Notes under the pieces: model-generated | Told to the model about the DNA's origin: nothing | The model's input: only the letters and a program-made list of their open reading frames with translations | Database searches by the model: none | Source: an uncultured Clostridia bacterium | GTDB taxonomy: Bacteria > Bacillota > Clostridia > Christensenellales > UBA1242 | Length of the DNA: 64,000 nucleotides | NCBI GenBank assembly: GCA_944349515.1 | Contig: CALVNE010000001.1 | Location: 87,232 to 151,231 of the forward strand | Reading direction: 5' to 3' | Position numbers and translations under genes: made by a program | Shown: piece by piece, positions 10,650-19,578 of the stretch | How positions within the stretch are numbered: position 1 is the stretch's first letter | Layout: the number at the start of each line of letters is the position of its first letter

Positions 10650-11768
10650 ATGGCAGAAAATTGTGTAACGGTTGTGGAAATAGGGTCGTCTAAACTGTCG
10701 TGCATGATTGCCGAACGGGGAGTGAATAACACCTTTAACATCAAGGCAAAGGCGTGCGTTGACTACGCCGGTTTTTTTGAGGGCGAATTCATCGAAAAAG
10801 CCTATCTTGATGATGCGGTCATGACGCTGCTTTCGCAAATAACCTCGGTTTACAAGAAGAAAATTAAAAAGGTCTATGTTGGCGTTCCGGCAGAGTTTTC
10901 TAAGGTTGTTACGGAAAATTATCAACTGAATTTTAAAAATCGCCACACCGTCACGCAAAAGGATATCGACACAATCTTCGCTAAGGTTTCTGAGCAAAAG
11001 TATATGGACGATATGGAAATAATTGCGATAAATCCAATTGAGTATTCCTTGGACGAAGCAAAAAATATTCAAAATCCGCTTAAACAAAAGTGCTATTTCA
11101 TATCCGCAGAGTTGTCGCTGGTGCTTGCTCAGTCTAGTTTTGTTAAGTTGTTTAATAAAATTTGGTCCAAACTTGGCATAGAACAAGTGGAGTACCTCAG
11201 CGAACCGCTCGCCGAAGGTCTTGGGGTACTGGAAGAGGAGGAAAGAGAGCGAACTTGCATTGTCATCGATGTGGGCGCGCGCTCCACAAGTGTGGCTTTC
11301 GTTAAGGGAAACGCCATGACGAATTTGACCTCTTTCTCCATGGGAGGCTCTTACATAACAAGCGATTTGTCAGAGGCTTGTGGGATTGGATATCAAGACG
11401 CGCGAAACCTAAAAAAGCAGATTGTCCTCTCCCTTAAAGGCGACAATGAGGACACCTACGAACTTGCAACACTGGGTGGCAAGGTGATGAAATTTCCGCT
11501 CAATTTTGTTAACGAGGCAGTGTGCTATAGGATAGGAATTATCGCTTCCACTATAAACGAGTGCATTCGCGTGTTTGCCAAAGAGTATGTGCCGTTCTAT
11601 CCAATTTACCTCTGTGGCGCGGGGCTGACTAAGATAAAGGGCGGGAAGGACTATTTGGCAAAATGCTTAAATAGAAATGTTTCGTACGGAGTTCCAAAAG
11701 TGCCGGGCGCGGACAAGCCAGAAAATGCCTCGCTGTATGGGCTGGTTGCACGGGCGCTTGATAGGTGA
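10650..11768 (+). CDS. ftsA: Cell division protein FtsA (actin-like ATPase)
   Basis: 372 aa. VVEIGSSKL and VIDVGARST are phosphate-binding motifs. It lies directly upstream of ftsZ. Confidence 0.8.
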   Translation: MAENCVTVVEIGSSKLSCMIAERGVNNTFNIKAKACVDYAGFFEGEFIEKAYLDDAVMTLLSQITSVYKKKIKKVYVGVPAEFSKVVTENYQLNFKNRHTVTQKDIDTIFAKVSEQKYMDDMEIIAINPIEYSLDEAKNIQNPLKQKCYFISAELSLVLAQSSFVKLFNKIWSKLGIEQVEYLSEPLAEGLGVLEEEERERTCIVIDVGARSTSVAFVKGNAMTNLTSFSMGGSYITSDLSEACGIGYQDARNLKKQIVLSLKGDNEDTYELATLGGKVMKFPLNFVNEAVCYRIGIIASTINECIRVFAKEYVPFYPIYLCGAGLTKIKGGKDYLAKCLNRNVSYGVPKVPGADKPENASLYGLVARALDR

Positions 11769-11857
11769 TTCTAATTAGTAAAGAGTTTTAGAAAAACCTC
11801 TAAAAAAGTTGCAAATGCTGTTAAAATAAGTTAAAATATATAAAAGGAGTTATTTTT

Positions 11858-13039
11858 ATGGAACAAGAAGATTTCAATTCAACATCGGTGGTGAAAATCA
11901 AGGTGCTTGGCGTTGGAGGTGGCGGAAATAATGCCGTCAACAGAATGATTGACGCCAACGTTTCGTCGGCGGAGTTTGTGGCTATCAACACCGACAAGCA
12001 GGCACTACTCATCTCAAAGGCACCTAAGCGTTTGCAAATTGGCGAAAGGTTAACCGGCGGTAAGGGCGCAGGTGGCATACCGGAAGTTGGCAGAAAGTCG
12101 GCGGAAGAAAGTAAAACCTCTATCACCGAGGTTTTGAAAGGTGCTGACCTTGTGTTTATCACTGCCGGAATGGGAGGTGGTACCGGCACTGGCGCGGCTC
12201 CTGTTATTGCGCAAATTGCTAAGGAACTTGGCATTCTCACCGTGGGCATTGTGACCAAGCCATTTGCTTTCGAAAATAGAAAGAGAATGGAAAACGCCGA
12301 AAAGGGGATTGCCGAACTTAAAAAGTATGTTGACACCATTGTTATCATTCCAAATGAGCGTCTCGCCACAATTTTGCCAGAGAAAATCACGCTTGTTGAC
12401 GCGTTTAGATATGCCGATGATGTTTTAAGGCAGGGTATTCAAGGCATAAGCGACCTTATCGTCTTCCCGGGCATGATTAATCTTGACTTTGCCGATGTGG
12501 AAACGGTTATGAAAAATCGCGGTCTTGCACACATGGGTATTGGCAGAGGCAAGGGCGAGAACAAAACCTTAGAGGCAGTGCGTCAAGCCGTGGCATCTCC
12601 GCTTATTGAAACCACAATCGAGGGGGCAACCGGAGTTGTTTTGAACATCAAGGGCGGAAGCGATATCACTCTTCGCGAGGTGACTGAGGCGGCTAACATG
12701 GTGAAAGAGGTTATCGACCCAAGTTGTAACCTTATCTTTGGTAGTAGCATAGACCCAGAGATGCACGACGAAGTGGAAATCACCATAATTGCCACCGGCT
12801 TTAAAGGTATGGACGAAAACGCTGAAGAGGAAAAGGAAGAGCCTGAGGCTGAAAATTTGGCGGAAGAAAAAGAGGAAGAGCCAGATTTTAAAAGTTTCAA
12901 TCCTTTTGGTTACACCGCACCTACGGGAGGCGATGAGGTTAAACTTGAACAGAACGAGCAGTCCTCTCGCGTTGACGTCAATCCAAGTTCCTCAATCCCA
13001 CCTTGGATAGAAAAAATTAGAAGCAAGTGGAAAAAGTAA
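11858..13039 (+). CDS. ftsZ: Cell division protein FtsZ
   Basis: It has the [13 protein letters not shown] and [13 protein letters not shown] tubulin signatures, a Glu-rich linker, and the C-terminal peptide IPPWIEKI. Confidence 0.97.
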   Translation: MEQEDFNSTSVVKIKVLGVGGGGNNAVNRMIDANVSSAEFVAINTDKQALLISKAPKRLQIGERLTGGKGAGGIPEVGRKSAEESKTSITEVLKGADLVFITAGMGGGTGTGAAPVIAQIAKELGILTVGIVTKPFAFENRKRMENAEKGIAELKKYVDTIVIIPNERLATILPEKITLVDAFRYADDVLRQGIQGISDLIVFPGMINLDFADVETVMKNRGLAHMGIGRGKGENKTLEAVRQAVASPLIETTIEGATGVVLNIKGGSDITLREVTEAANMVKEVIDPSCNLIFGSSIDPEMHDEVEITIIATGFKGMDENAEEEKEEPEAENLAEEKEEEPDFKSFNPFGYTAPTGGDEVKLEQNEQSSRVDVNPSSSIPPWIEKIRSKWKK

Positions 13040-13141
13040 AAAATTAAAACGGGCGATGTTTAATTAAAAATTTTCAATAGGCATTAATTTTTACGATAAA
13101 GTTTTCTATGAAATAAACAGTATAAAATAATGCAAAGACTT

Positions 13142-13186
13142 AAAAACCTTCTGCGGTATATCGAAATCACCATAGAAGGTTTTTTA
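13142..13186 (+). terminator. ftsZ terminator
   Basis: AAAACCTTCT pairs with AGAAGGTTTT and is followed by a T-run. Confidence 0.6.
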
Positions 13187-13187
13187 T

Positions 13188-13238
13188 TGCATACCACACA
13201 ATATGTGGTGTAGTATGATTGCATACTACCATGTATAT
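13188..13238. repeat. Palindromic interspersed element, copy A (three half-sites)
   Basis: The sequence is TGCATACCACACAATAT / ATGTGGTGTAGTATGA / TTGCATACTACCATGTAT. The half-site consensus is TGCATACTACACCATAT. Confidence 0.7.
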
Positions 13239-13480
13239 AGGTACTCGCAAAATGAGTTTTGTGTAAAAATTAGCAAAATATCTCGGGCAATTTTTGGTAC
13301 GGTTTCCTTATATTTACGCTTCATATTTTTTGCTTAATATTGTTCTAAATTTAAAAAATCTTTAAGATTCTGTTGCGTTAAACTTTTTGAGAGTTAATTT
13401 TTAAAATCACGTTATAAAAGCATTTTAAAATTAAACCTTTTTGCCTTCACAACATATATTTTCTTATTAAGGAGAAAGTT

Positions 13481-15190
13481 ATGTGTGGAATTTGTGGTTA
13501 CATAGGAAGTAGCAACGGCGTGAAAGAGGTTGTGCGCGGACTTAAAATTTTGGAATATCGCGGGTATGATTCTTGCGGTGTGGCTTTTGTAGAAAATGGG
13601 AAAATTGACATCGTTAAGACCGTTGGAGAAGTTGACAATCTTAAAAAATTAACAAAAAATATGAGTGCGAATGTTGTGATTGGGCATACGCGCTGGGCGA
13701 CGCACGGCGGGGTAAATGAAAGAAATGCGCACCCTCATCTCTCCACTTCCGGCAAACTTGCCATGGTGCATAACGGCATAATTGAAAACTATAAGGAACT
13801 GAAAGAAGAGTTTAACTTAAATAGTCTTTCCAACACTGATAGCGAAGTTTTTTTAAATTTGATAGATTGTGAAAAAGGAACTTTAATTAATAAGGTTATC
13901 AATGCTTCAAAAAAAGTGCAGGGAACTTTTGCGGTGTTGGTGCTTGGCAGTGACGGAGAGATGGTTTTAGGCAAGTGTGAAAGTCCGCTATATCTTTCAA
14001 AAGTGGAAAACGAGGTCTATATTGCGAGTGATGTTTTGGCGCTAAAAGGCGAAAATTATTTTGCTTTAAACGACCATGAATTTGCAAGTGTTAAAAATAG
14101 AAAAATAATTTTTTATAACAAAAATGGCGAAAAAATCACTAAAAAAAGCGAAAAAATTGAAAAAAATAGTGATTTTTCTAAAATTTTTTATAAAACACAC
14201 ATGGAAAGCGAAATTCTCGAAACGAAAGATGTGCTTAATAAAACACTAAAAAAATATAAGGAAGAAAACATTTTTCAAAATATCAAGTTGCCTAAAAAAC
14301 TAAATTCAATTTCGCTTATCGCTTGCGGGACGGCGTATCATGCCTCGCTTATGGGCGCAGAATTTTTCAAAAAGGTGGGCGTCGATGCGCGGGCATACCT
14401 CGCCAGCGAATTTCGTTATGGCAGAGAACTTTTAAACAAAAACACCCTTTACATTTTTGTTAGTCAAAGCGGTGAAACGGCGGACACGATTGCATCTGCG
14501 AAAATGGTAAAAGAAAGGAATTTGCCTATGCTGGCACTTACGAATATGGAGAACTGCTTACTTAACCGAATATGTGAAAATGTGCTTCCAACTTTTGCTG
14601 GGCGAGAGATTGCAGTGGCGTCCACCAAGGCGTATTCTTGTCAGGTGTGGTCGCTCTATCTTTTTTCGCTAATCCTAGCTAATAAAAGTTTGCCTAAGGA
14701 AGATTTTGTTAAAAATTTTGCTTTTGTTAACTATGACGATAAATTGGTAAAGGAAGTAGCAAGTTACAAAAAAGTGTTTTTTGTCGGGCGCGACCTTGAC
14801 TACATCACAGCCATGGAGGCAAGTTTGAAGTTGAAAGAGATTTCGTATATAAACTGTTTCGCCATTGCCTCGGGAGAACTTAAACATGGTACGCTGGCGC
14901 TCATCGATAGTGATGCGGTGGTGATTGCCATTTGCACGCAAGAAAAAATTAAGTCAAAACTAAAATCTAACCTTGAGGAAATTAAGGCGCGCGGAGGCAA
15001 GGTGATTGTTGTTAGCCAATTTGATGACTTTAAAGATTTTTCTTGTGTTAAGTTGTCAAAATTTGATGAATTATTCATGCCGATTGTCAGCGTCATACCA
15101 ATGCAATTTCTGGCACTTAAAATTTGTGAGCTTTTTGGATATAATCCAGATAAGCCTCGAAATTTGGCAAAGTCGGTAACGGTAGAGTAG
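13481..15190 (+). CDS. glmS: Glutamine--fructose-6-phosphate aminotransferase
   Basis: It starts MCGICGYIG, with the N-terminal Cys nucleophile. It has two SIS domains and the C-terminal KSVTVE. Confidence 0.95.
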   Translation: MCGICGYIGSSNGVKEVVRGLKILEYRGYDSCGVAFVENGKIDIVKTVGEVDNLKKLTKNMSANVVIGHTRWATHGGVNERNAHPHLSTSGKLAMVHNGIIENYKELKEEFNLNSLSNTDSEVFLNLIDCEKGTLINKVINASKKVQGTFAVLVLGSDGEMVLGKCESPLYLSKVENEVYIASDVLALKGENYFALNDHEFASVKNRKIIFYNKNGEKITKKSEKIEKNSDFSKIFYKTHMESEILETKDVLNKTLKKYKEENIFQNIKLPKKLNSISLIACGTAYHASLMGAEFFKKVGVDARAYLASEFRYGRELLNKNTLYIFVSQSGETADTIASAKMVKERNLPMLALTNMENCLLNRICENVLPTFAGREIAVASTKAYSCQVWSLYLFSLILANKSLPKEDFVKNFAFVNYDDKLVKEVASYKKVFFVGRDLDYITAMEASLKLKEISYINCFAIASGELKHGTLALIDSDAVVIAICTQEKIKSKLKSNLEEIKARGGKVIVVSQFDDFKDFSCVKLSKFDELFMPIVSVIPMQFLALKICELFGYNPDKPRNLAKSVTVE

Positions 15191-15380
15191 GCGAAAACTG
15201 CACGTTTGTTTTCGTTGTTGTGGGGTTCCCCGAAAGTGCGTGTCGCTTTTGGGGTGAATTAGCGACCAAATGAAATTTTTGAGGTGAGTGTTTTAAAATA
15301 TTCTTTTGAAAAGTTTTGCAATTCAATTTTTTTGATTAAAAAGTTGCTATCTAAACGAATTTTATTATTTAATTACTATA

Positions 15381-15409
15381 TTGACAATTAAAAAGGGTTA
15401 TGTTAAGAT
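15381..15409 (+). promoter_or_regulatory. Promoter, TTGACA-17-TAAGAT
   Basis: TTGACA at 15381-15386 and TAAGAT at 15404-15409. This placement favours the ATG at 15430 as the start codon. Confidence 0.45.
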
Positions 15410-15429
15410 ATACTAGAAAGGAAATTGCA

Positions 15430-18060
15430 ATGAAGGAAGAAGGAAAAATTAATGTTTGGGATAATTTGCCACCAGCTTTAACAAAGGAGCAGGACTTAGA
15501 GTTACTTAAAGAATATCACACCTACGGTGATAAGGCGGTCAGAGATAAACTTTTTGAAGGAAATCTTAGGTTTGTTGCCTATTTTGTAACAAAATATTGT
15601 GAAAAATATTTACATTTTCAGTCAAATGTCTATCCAGCAAAGGAAGATTTATTGCAAGAGGGTGCTTATGCTCTTGTCAAAGCAATTGAGAATTACAACA
15701 TAGAATATCCATTTTCTTTTGCAACATATTTAGGTAGAGTGATACATCGTACCATTCATAGATTTGTTGCTCATTCTGATAAATCAGTAAGGACAAAAAT
15801 AAGTCTAAATCAATTCGTTGCTTATGATGACGAAAAAGAAATTCAGGAATTTATTGAAGATGAGAGTGCAGATATCAAAAGTATTGATAGCAAGATTGAT
15901 TTAGATTATATTAAAGAAAAGATATTGCCAAAGCTTCCTGAAAGATACGCTGAAGTTTTTAGAGGATATTTCTTTGAGGGTAAAACTTTGCAATTTATGG
16001 CATACGAGAAAGATTTAACAAGAGAAGCAATGCGACAAAACCTAGAAAAAGCACGGGTAATGGTTAAACTAATCTATAATCAAGGTTTCAATCACAACAA
16101 TTTCGGTGATGAAGATATGATAGACTTTTTCGGAAATTACGTTGGCAAAAGAAAGATACGTAATAGGGCGATTATAAATAGGTATGGCAAAGACTTCTTT
16201 GAGAATTACTTTTTCCCTAGACTTTCTGATAAACAAAAACTTATCTTTGATGCTGTCTTTATGCAGGATAGTAGCGAAACGGTGTCTGACATTGCAAGAA
16301 GATTAAATATGGACGTGCAACCTTTTGCTGTCGGTTTGCAAGCAATTTATAGGAAGATTCAAAATAGTGCCGATAAAATGTATAAAAGATATATAGATGA
16401 AAAAGCAGGTATTAGAAAGCCTGATGAAAAGAAGACATATAAGGGTATTACTAAAAGGCAACAGGCAATAAACAGAGTGCATAGATTTATAGACGAGATA
16501 GGCGGTGCTGATTTTATTAGAAAATATTTTTATACCATCTTAAATGAAGATGAAAAAGTCGTCTTTGAAAATAGCATACTTGGTTATAATGGCGAAAGTT
16601 CAAAGGCTCTTATAAAGAAGTGTGGTATAAATGAACAGAGATATTATTACGCAAGACGAAAGGCGTTGGAAAAGTTGGAAAATACCGATTTTGAGTATTT
16701 GGTAAGTTTAGTCGATAATAGCGAATCATTAAAAACGCAGGAACATTTTGTTGCTAAAATGGAGACAAGAATCGGTGGGCTAAATAAGAGTAGAGATAAT
16801 CGTATAAGAAAGAATAGAGCCATTTTCAAACAGTATGACAGAGACTTTTTGGAGAATTATCTTCCATATAGACTCACTCCAAGCCAGAGGAAGATATATC
16901 AAGTTTACATCTTAGACTATAAAGGGCAAAAATTTAAGGATTTAAATGAAAAATATGGCATAAAAAGTCCATCTTATACCTCTTATACATTAGATAAAAT
17001 CGAAACTAAAATCGGAGAGTATTATCAGAGTTATTTGGCTGGAAAAGTTGATAAAGATAGCGAAAGAAGGAAAGCAACGATTAGTGTTTCTAAAACAAAA
17101 GCTAAAAAGCAAAAATATGCAAGTATAATAAGTAGTCTTGGTGGTGCTGAAGTTATTAGAAAATATTTTGAGCCTACACTAAACAAAAGAGAGGTTGATG
17201 TCTTAGAAAAGGGTGTGCTTAACTATAACGGAGAAAGTAGCGAGGAACTTGCTGAAAAATGCGAGGTGAGTGCGGCTTATTATAAAATTATTCTCTGTCA
17301 CGTCTTAAAGAAGTTGAGAACTGCCGATTTTGACGACTTGAAGGCAAAGATTGACAGAGGCGAGAAAGTGCAACCGGGAAGAGCGGACAGAGTGGCAAAT
17401 AAGGAAATTAACAAATTTATGCAAGATTATAGCGAAGAGTTTATGCGAAAATACTTTGCTCCAATTCTTCCAAATAAACAACAACAGTTTTTTGAAGAGT
17501 TTTATCTTGATAAGAAATTTGCATCATTGAAAGATTATGCGATAAGCAAGCAAAAAAATTTTAACTCAGTCTATATGCTTGAAAAGGTCATAGCAGAAAA
17601 ATTGAGAGATACGCCAAAAGAGGAACTTGTTGCAATAAACGAAAAGGCGGATAAGAAAACAGAAAAGGCTATGGCAAAAGAACCTAGGGTGTATAGCAAA
17701 TCGAAAAGACAAGAGATTATTGCAGAATATGGTGGAAGAGAATTCTTGGAAGATGTGTTTATTCCAACTTTGGGTATTCCAGCCTATCAAATCATATTTG
17801 AGGACTATGTTTTAAACAATAGGACTAAACAAGAAATTATCCAAAAACTTAAGTTAAACGAAAAGACGCACTATGTAGATAATGTTTATCAAATTCTGAA
17901 AGGTAAATTAAAAGAGTTTAAAGAGAGTTTTGGTAATTTTGAGGGAGCGGTTAAATATTACTATGCACAAAAGGAATTTGAAAAAGCTCACCCAGAGGAC
18001 TTTGAAAAACTAGCTTTAGGAATAAAATCGCAGTCTGAGCAAAAGGATAAAGAAAAATAA
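15430..18060 (+). CDS. Sigma-70-family (region 2 + region 4) protein with six extra tandem sigma-4-like HTH modules
   Basis: Residue numbers below follow the 886-aa track ORF that starts at 15400. The CDS could start at 15400 or, more likely, at 15430.
- Region 2 spans aa 45-125 (DKLFEGNLRFVAYFV, DLLQEGAYALVKAIENY, FATYLGRVIHRTI).
- Region 4 spans aa 170-225 (LPERYAEVFRGYFFEGKTLQFMA...REAMRQNLEKA).
- Six roughly 100-aa repeats follow, each ending in an L-x2-Q/E-x3-F...HTH...KL pattern. Confidence 0.75.
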   Translation: MKEEGKINVWDNLPPALTKEQDLELLKEYHTYGDKAVRDKLFEGNLRFVAYFVTKYCEKYLHFQSNVYPAKEDLLQEGAYALVKAIENYNIEYPFSFATYLGRVIHRTIHRFVAHSDKSVRTKISLNQFVAYDDEKEIQEFIEDESADIKSIDSKIDLDYIKEKILPKLPERYAEVFRGYFFEGKTLQFMAYEKDLTREAMRQNLEKARVMVKLIYNQGFNHNNFGDEDMIDFFGNYVGKRKIRNRAIINRYGKDFFENYFFPRLSDKQKLIFDAVFMQDSSETVSDIARRLNMDVQPFAVGLQAIYRKIQNSADKMYKRYIDEKAGIRKPDEKKTYKGITKRQQAINRVHRFIDEIGGADFIRKYFYTILNEDEKVVFENSILGYNGESSKALIKKCGINEQRYYYARRKALEKLENTDFEYLVSLVDNSESLKTQEHFVAKMETRIGGLNKSRDNRIRKNRAIFKQYDRDFLENYLPYRLTPSQRKIYQVYILDYKGQKFKDLNEKYGIKSPSYTSYTLDKIETKIGEYYQSYLAGKVDKDSERRKATISVSKTKAKKQKYASIISSLGGAEVIRKYFEPTLNKREVDVLEKGVLNYNGESSEELAEKCEVSAAYYKIILCHVLKKLRTADFDDLKAKIDRGEKVQPGRADRVANKEINKFMQDYSEEFMRKYFAPILPNKQQQFFEEFYLDKKFASLKDYAISKQKNFNSVYMLEKVIAEKLRDTPKEELVAINEKADKKTEKAMAKEPRVYSKSKRQEIIAEYGGREFLEDVFIPTLGIPAYQIIFEDYVLNNRTKQEIIQKLKLNEKTHYVDNVYQILKGKLKEFKESFGNFEGAVKYYYAQKEFEKAHPEDFEKLALGIKSQSEQKDKEK

Positions 18061-18080
18061 ATATTTTGTTTGCAAAATGC

Positions 18081-18109
18081 TTGACAAGAGGATGCGGAAT
18101 AGGTATAAT
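18081..18109 (+). promoter_or_regulatory. Perfect consensus promoter, TTGACA-17-TATAAT
   Basis: TTGACA at 18081-18086 and TATAAT at 18104-18109. Confidence 0.7.
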
Positions 18110-18265
18110 ATAAGCGTGTTTCGTTGTCGGAAGCATATGCTTATCTAAGCATAAACAAACAGCAGGTGATTTTTTGTTTATCATGTCACCGATTCGGGGC
18201 GGTTCGCTTTGAAGTCGAGTTTTCGATTGTGCTGTTCGTGTTTGCAAACTTAAAGCATATTTTTT

Positions 18266-18290
18266 GACGCGAAATTTCGCGTCTTTTTTT
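18266..18290 (+). terminator. Intrinsic terminator inside the rpsL leader
   Basis: GACGCGAAATTTCGCGTC is a 9-bp perfect palindrome followed by T7. It lies about 97 nt before the rpsL start. Confidence 0.75.
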
Positions 18291-18386
18291 AGAAACGCAA
18301 AAATTAGACGAGTGCTTTAAGCGTTTCTTATGACAAATCCCATTCATGATTTAAAACTGAAAATTTTGACTAAAAGGAGAATTAAG

Positions 18387-18761
18387 ATGCCTACATTTAA
18401 CCAATTAGTTAGAAAAGGTCGCAAAACTTTCGAGAAAAAGAAGAAGGCTCCACTCTTAGAGGAATGCCCTCAAAAGCGTGGCGTTTGCTTGTCCGTTAGA
18501 ACGGCAACACCTAAAAAGCCTAACTCCGCTCTTCGTAAGATTGCCAGAGTTAAACTTTCTAATGGTCAAGAAGGAACTTGCTACATTCCAGGAATCGGTC
18601 ACAACCTTCAAGAGCACAGCGTGGTGCTTGTTCGTGGCGGACGTGTTAAGGACCTTCCAGGTGTGAGATATCACATCATCCGTGGAACGCTTGACACCGC
18701 TGGCGTTGCAAACAGAAAACAGGGCCGTTCAAAATATGGCGCAAAAAGACCTAAAAAGTAA
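18387..18761 (+). CDS. rpsL: 30S ribosomal protein S12
   Basis: It starts [13 protein letters not shown] after the RBS AAAAGGAG. The upstream extension in the ORF track is spurious. Confidence 0.97.
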   Translation: MPTFNQLVRKGRKTFEKKKKAPLLEECPQKRGVCLSVRTATPKKPNSALRKIARVKLSNGQEGTCYIPGIGHNLQEHSVVLVRGGRVKDLPGVRYHIIRGTLDTAGVANRKQGRSKYGAKRPKK

Positions 18762-18775
18762 TTTTTGGGCGGGGT

Positions 18776-18863
18776 GGCAAAATCATCACAAAATTTTCGC
18801 TCGAAAATTTTGTTTCAAGTTTTCAAGGAAAACTTGAGTTTGCTCTGCAAACATGATTTTGCC
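18776..18863 (+). promoter_or_regulatory. Structured rpsL-rpsG intercistronic RNA (three-way junction)
   Basis: The outer stem pairs GGCAAAATCAT (18776-18786) with ATGATTTTGCC (18853-18863). It encloses hairpins ACAAAATTTTCG/CGAAAATTTTGT (18788-18813) and TCAAGTTTTC/GAAAACTTGA (18815-18837). Confidence 0.6.
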
Positions 18864-18903
18864 GAAGAGAAAAACAAAATATAGATTAAAAGGAGAGACT
18901 AAA

Positions 18904-19377
18904 ATGCCAAGAAGAAAATGTGCGGTTAAGAAAGACGTTTTGCCAGACCCAATTTACAACAACAAAGTGGTCACAAAACTCATTAACCAAGTTATGATGA
19001 ACGGCAAAAAGGGACTTGCACAAAGAATTGTTTATGGTGCATTCGACATAATTAAAGAAAAGACAAGTTTAGATAGCCTTGATGTTTGCCTCACAGCAAT
19101 CGAAAATGTTAAGCCTATGCTTGAAACAAAAGGTAGACGTGTGGGCGGTGCAACATACCAAGTTCCTATGGAGATTAGACCAGAGCGTCGTCAGACACTT
19201 GCTATTCGTTGGATTGTGAATAACGCAAGGAAAAGAACAGCAGAGCGCAATATGGATGCCAAACTTGCCGGCGAACTTATGGATGCCTACAATAACACTG
19301 GCGCTTCCATTAAGAAGAGAGACGAAATGCATAGAATGGCAGAGGCTAATAAAGCATTTGCTCATTATAAGTGGTAA
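18904..19377 (+). CDS. rpsG: 30S ribosomal protein S7
   Basis: It starts [19 protein letters not shown] after the RBS AAAGGAGAG. Confidence 0.97.
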   Translation: MPRRKCAVKKDVLPDPIYNNKVVTKLINQVMMNGKKGLAQRIVYGAFDIIKEKTSLDSLDVCLTAIENVKPMLETKGRRVGGATYQVPMEIRPERRQTLAIRWIVNNARKRTAERNMDAKLAGELMDAYNNTGASIKKRDEMHRMAEANKAFAHYKW

Positions 19378-19382
19378 GCGAT

Positions 19383-19544
19383 ATGTCTATGCGTAGTAAA
19401 CTTATGAAGGGCTACAACGAAAATGTGAAAAGGTGCGAAGAAAAGAATGCTGACAACAAATCGTTAGAAGCCCGAAAAAAGATGTATGCGGGAAAGCATA
19501 CAAGTGATCAAGAAAAAAAGAATAACATTGAATTAAGTAGATAA
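19383..19544 (+). CDS. Possible small Lys-rich ORF (53 aa) between rpsG and fusA
   Basis: It runs from ATG 19383 to TAA 19542-19544 and translates [53 protein letters not shown]. The RBS is weak or absent, and it is too short for the ORF track. Confidence 0.2.
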   Translation: MSMRSKLMKGYNENVKRCEEKNADNKSLEARKKMYAGKHTSDQEKKNNIELSR

Positions 19545-19578
19545 TATTTTTAATATAAATTTTAAAAAGGAGAAAAAT

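Noticed and set aside
13040-13480. I expected a glmS ribozyme in the 440-nt spacer upstream of glmS.
   Set aside because: The region is AT-rich. It contains only the ftsZ terminator and the palindromic element. I could not find the conserved GC-rich glmS ribozyme core.
18116-18290. Assigning the rpsL-upstream RNA to 6S RNA or SRP RNA.
   Set aside because: The 5' and 3' ends are not complementary, so there is no 6S rod. The SRP domain IV motifs are not evident. It is reported only as an unclassified leader or sRNA.
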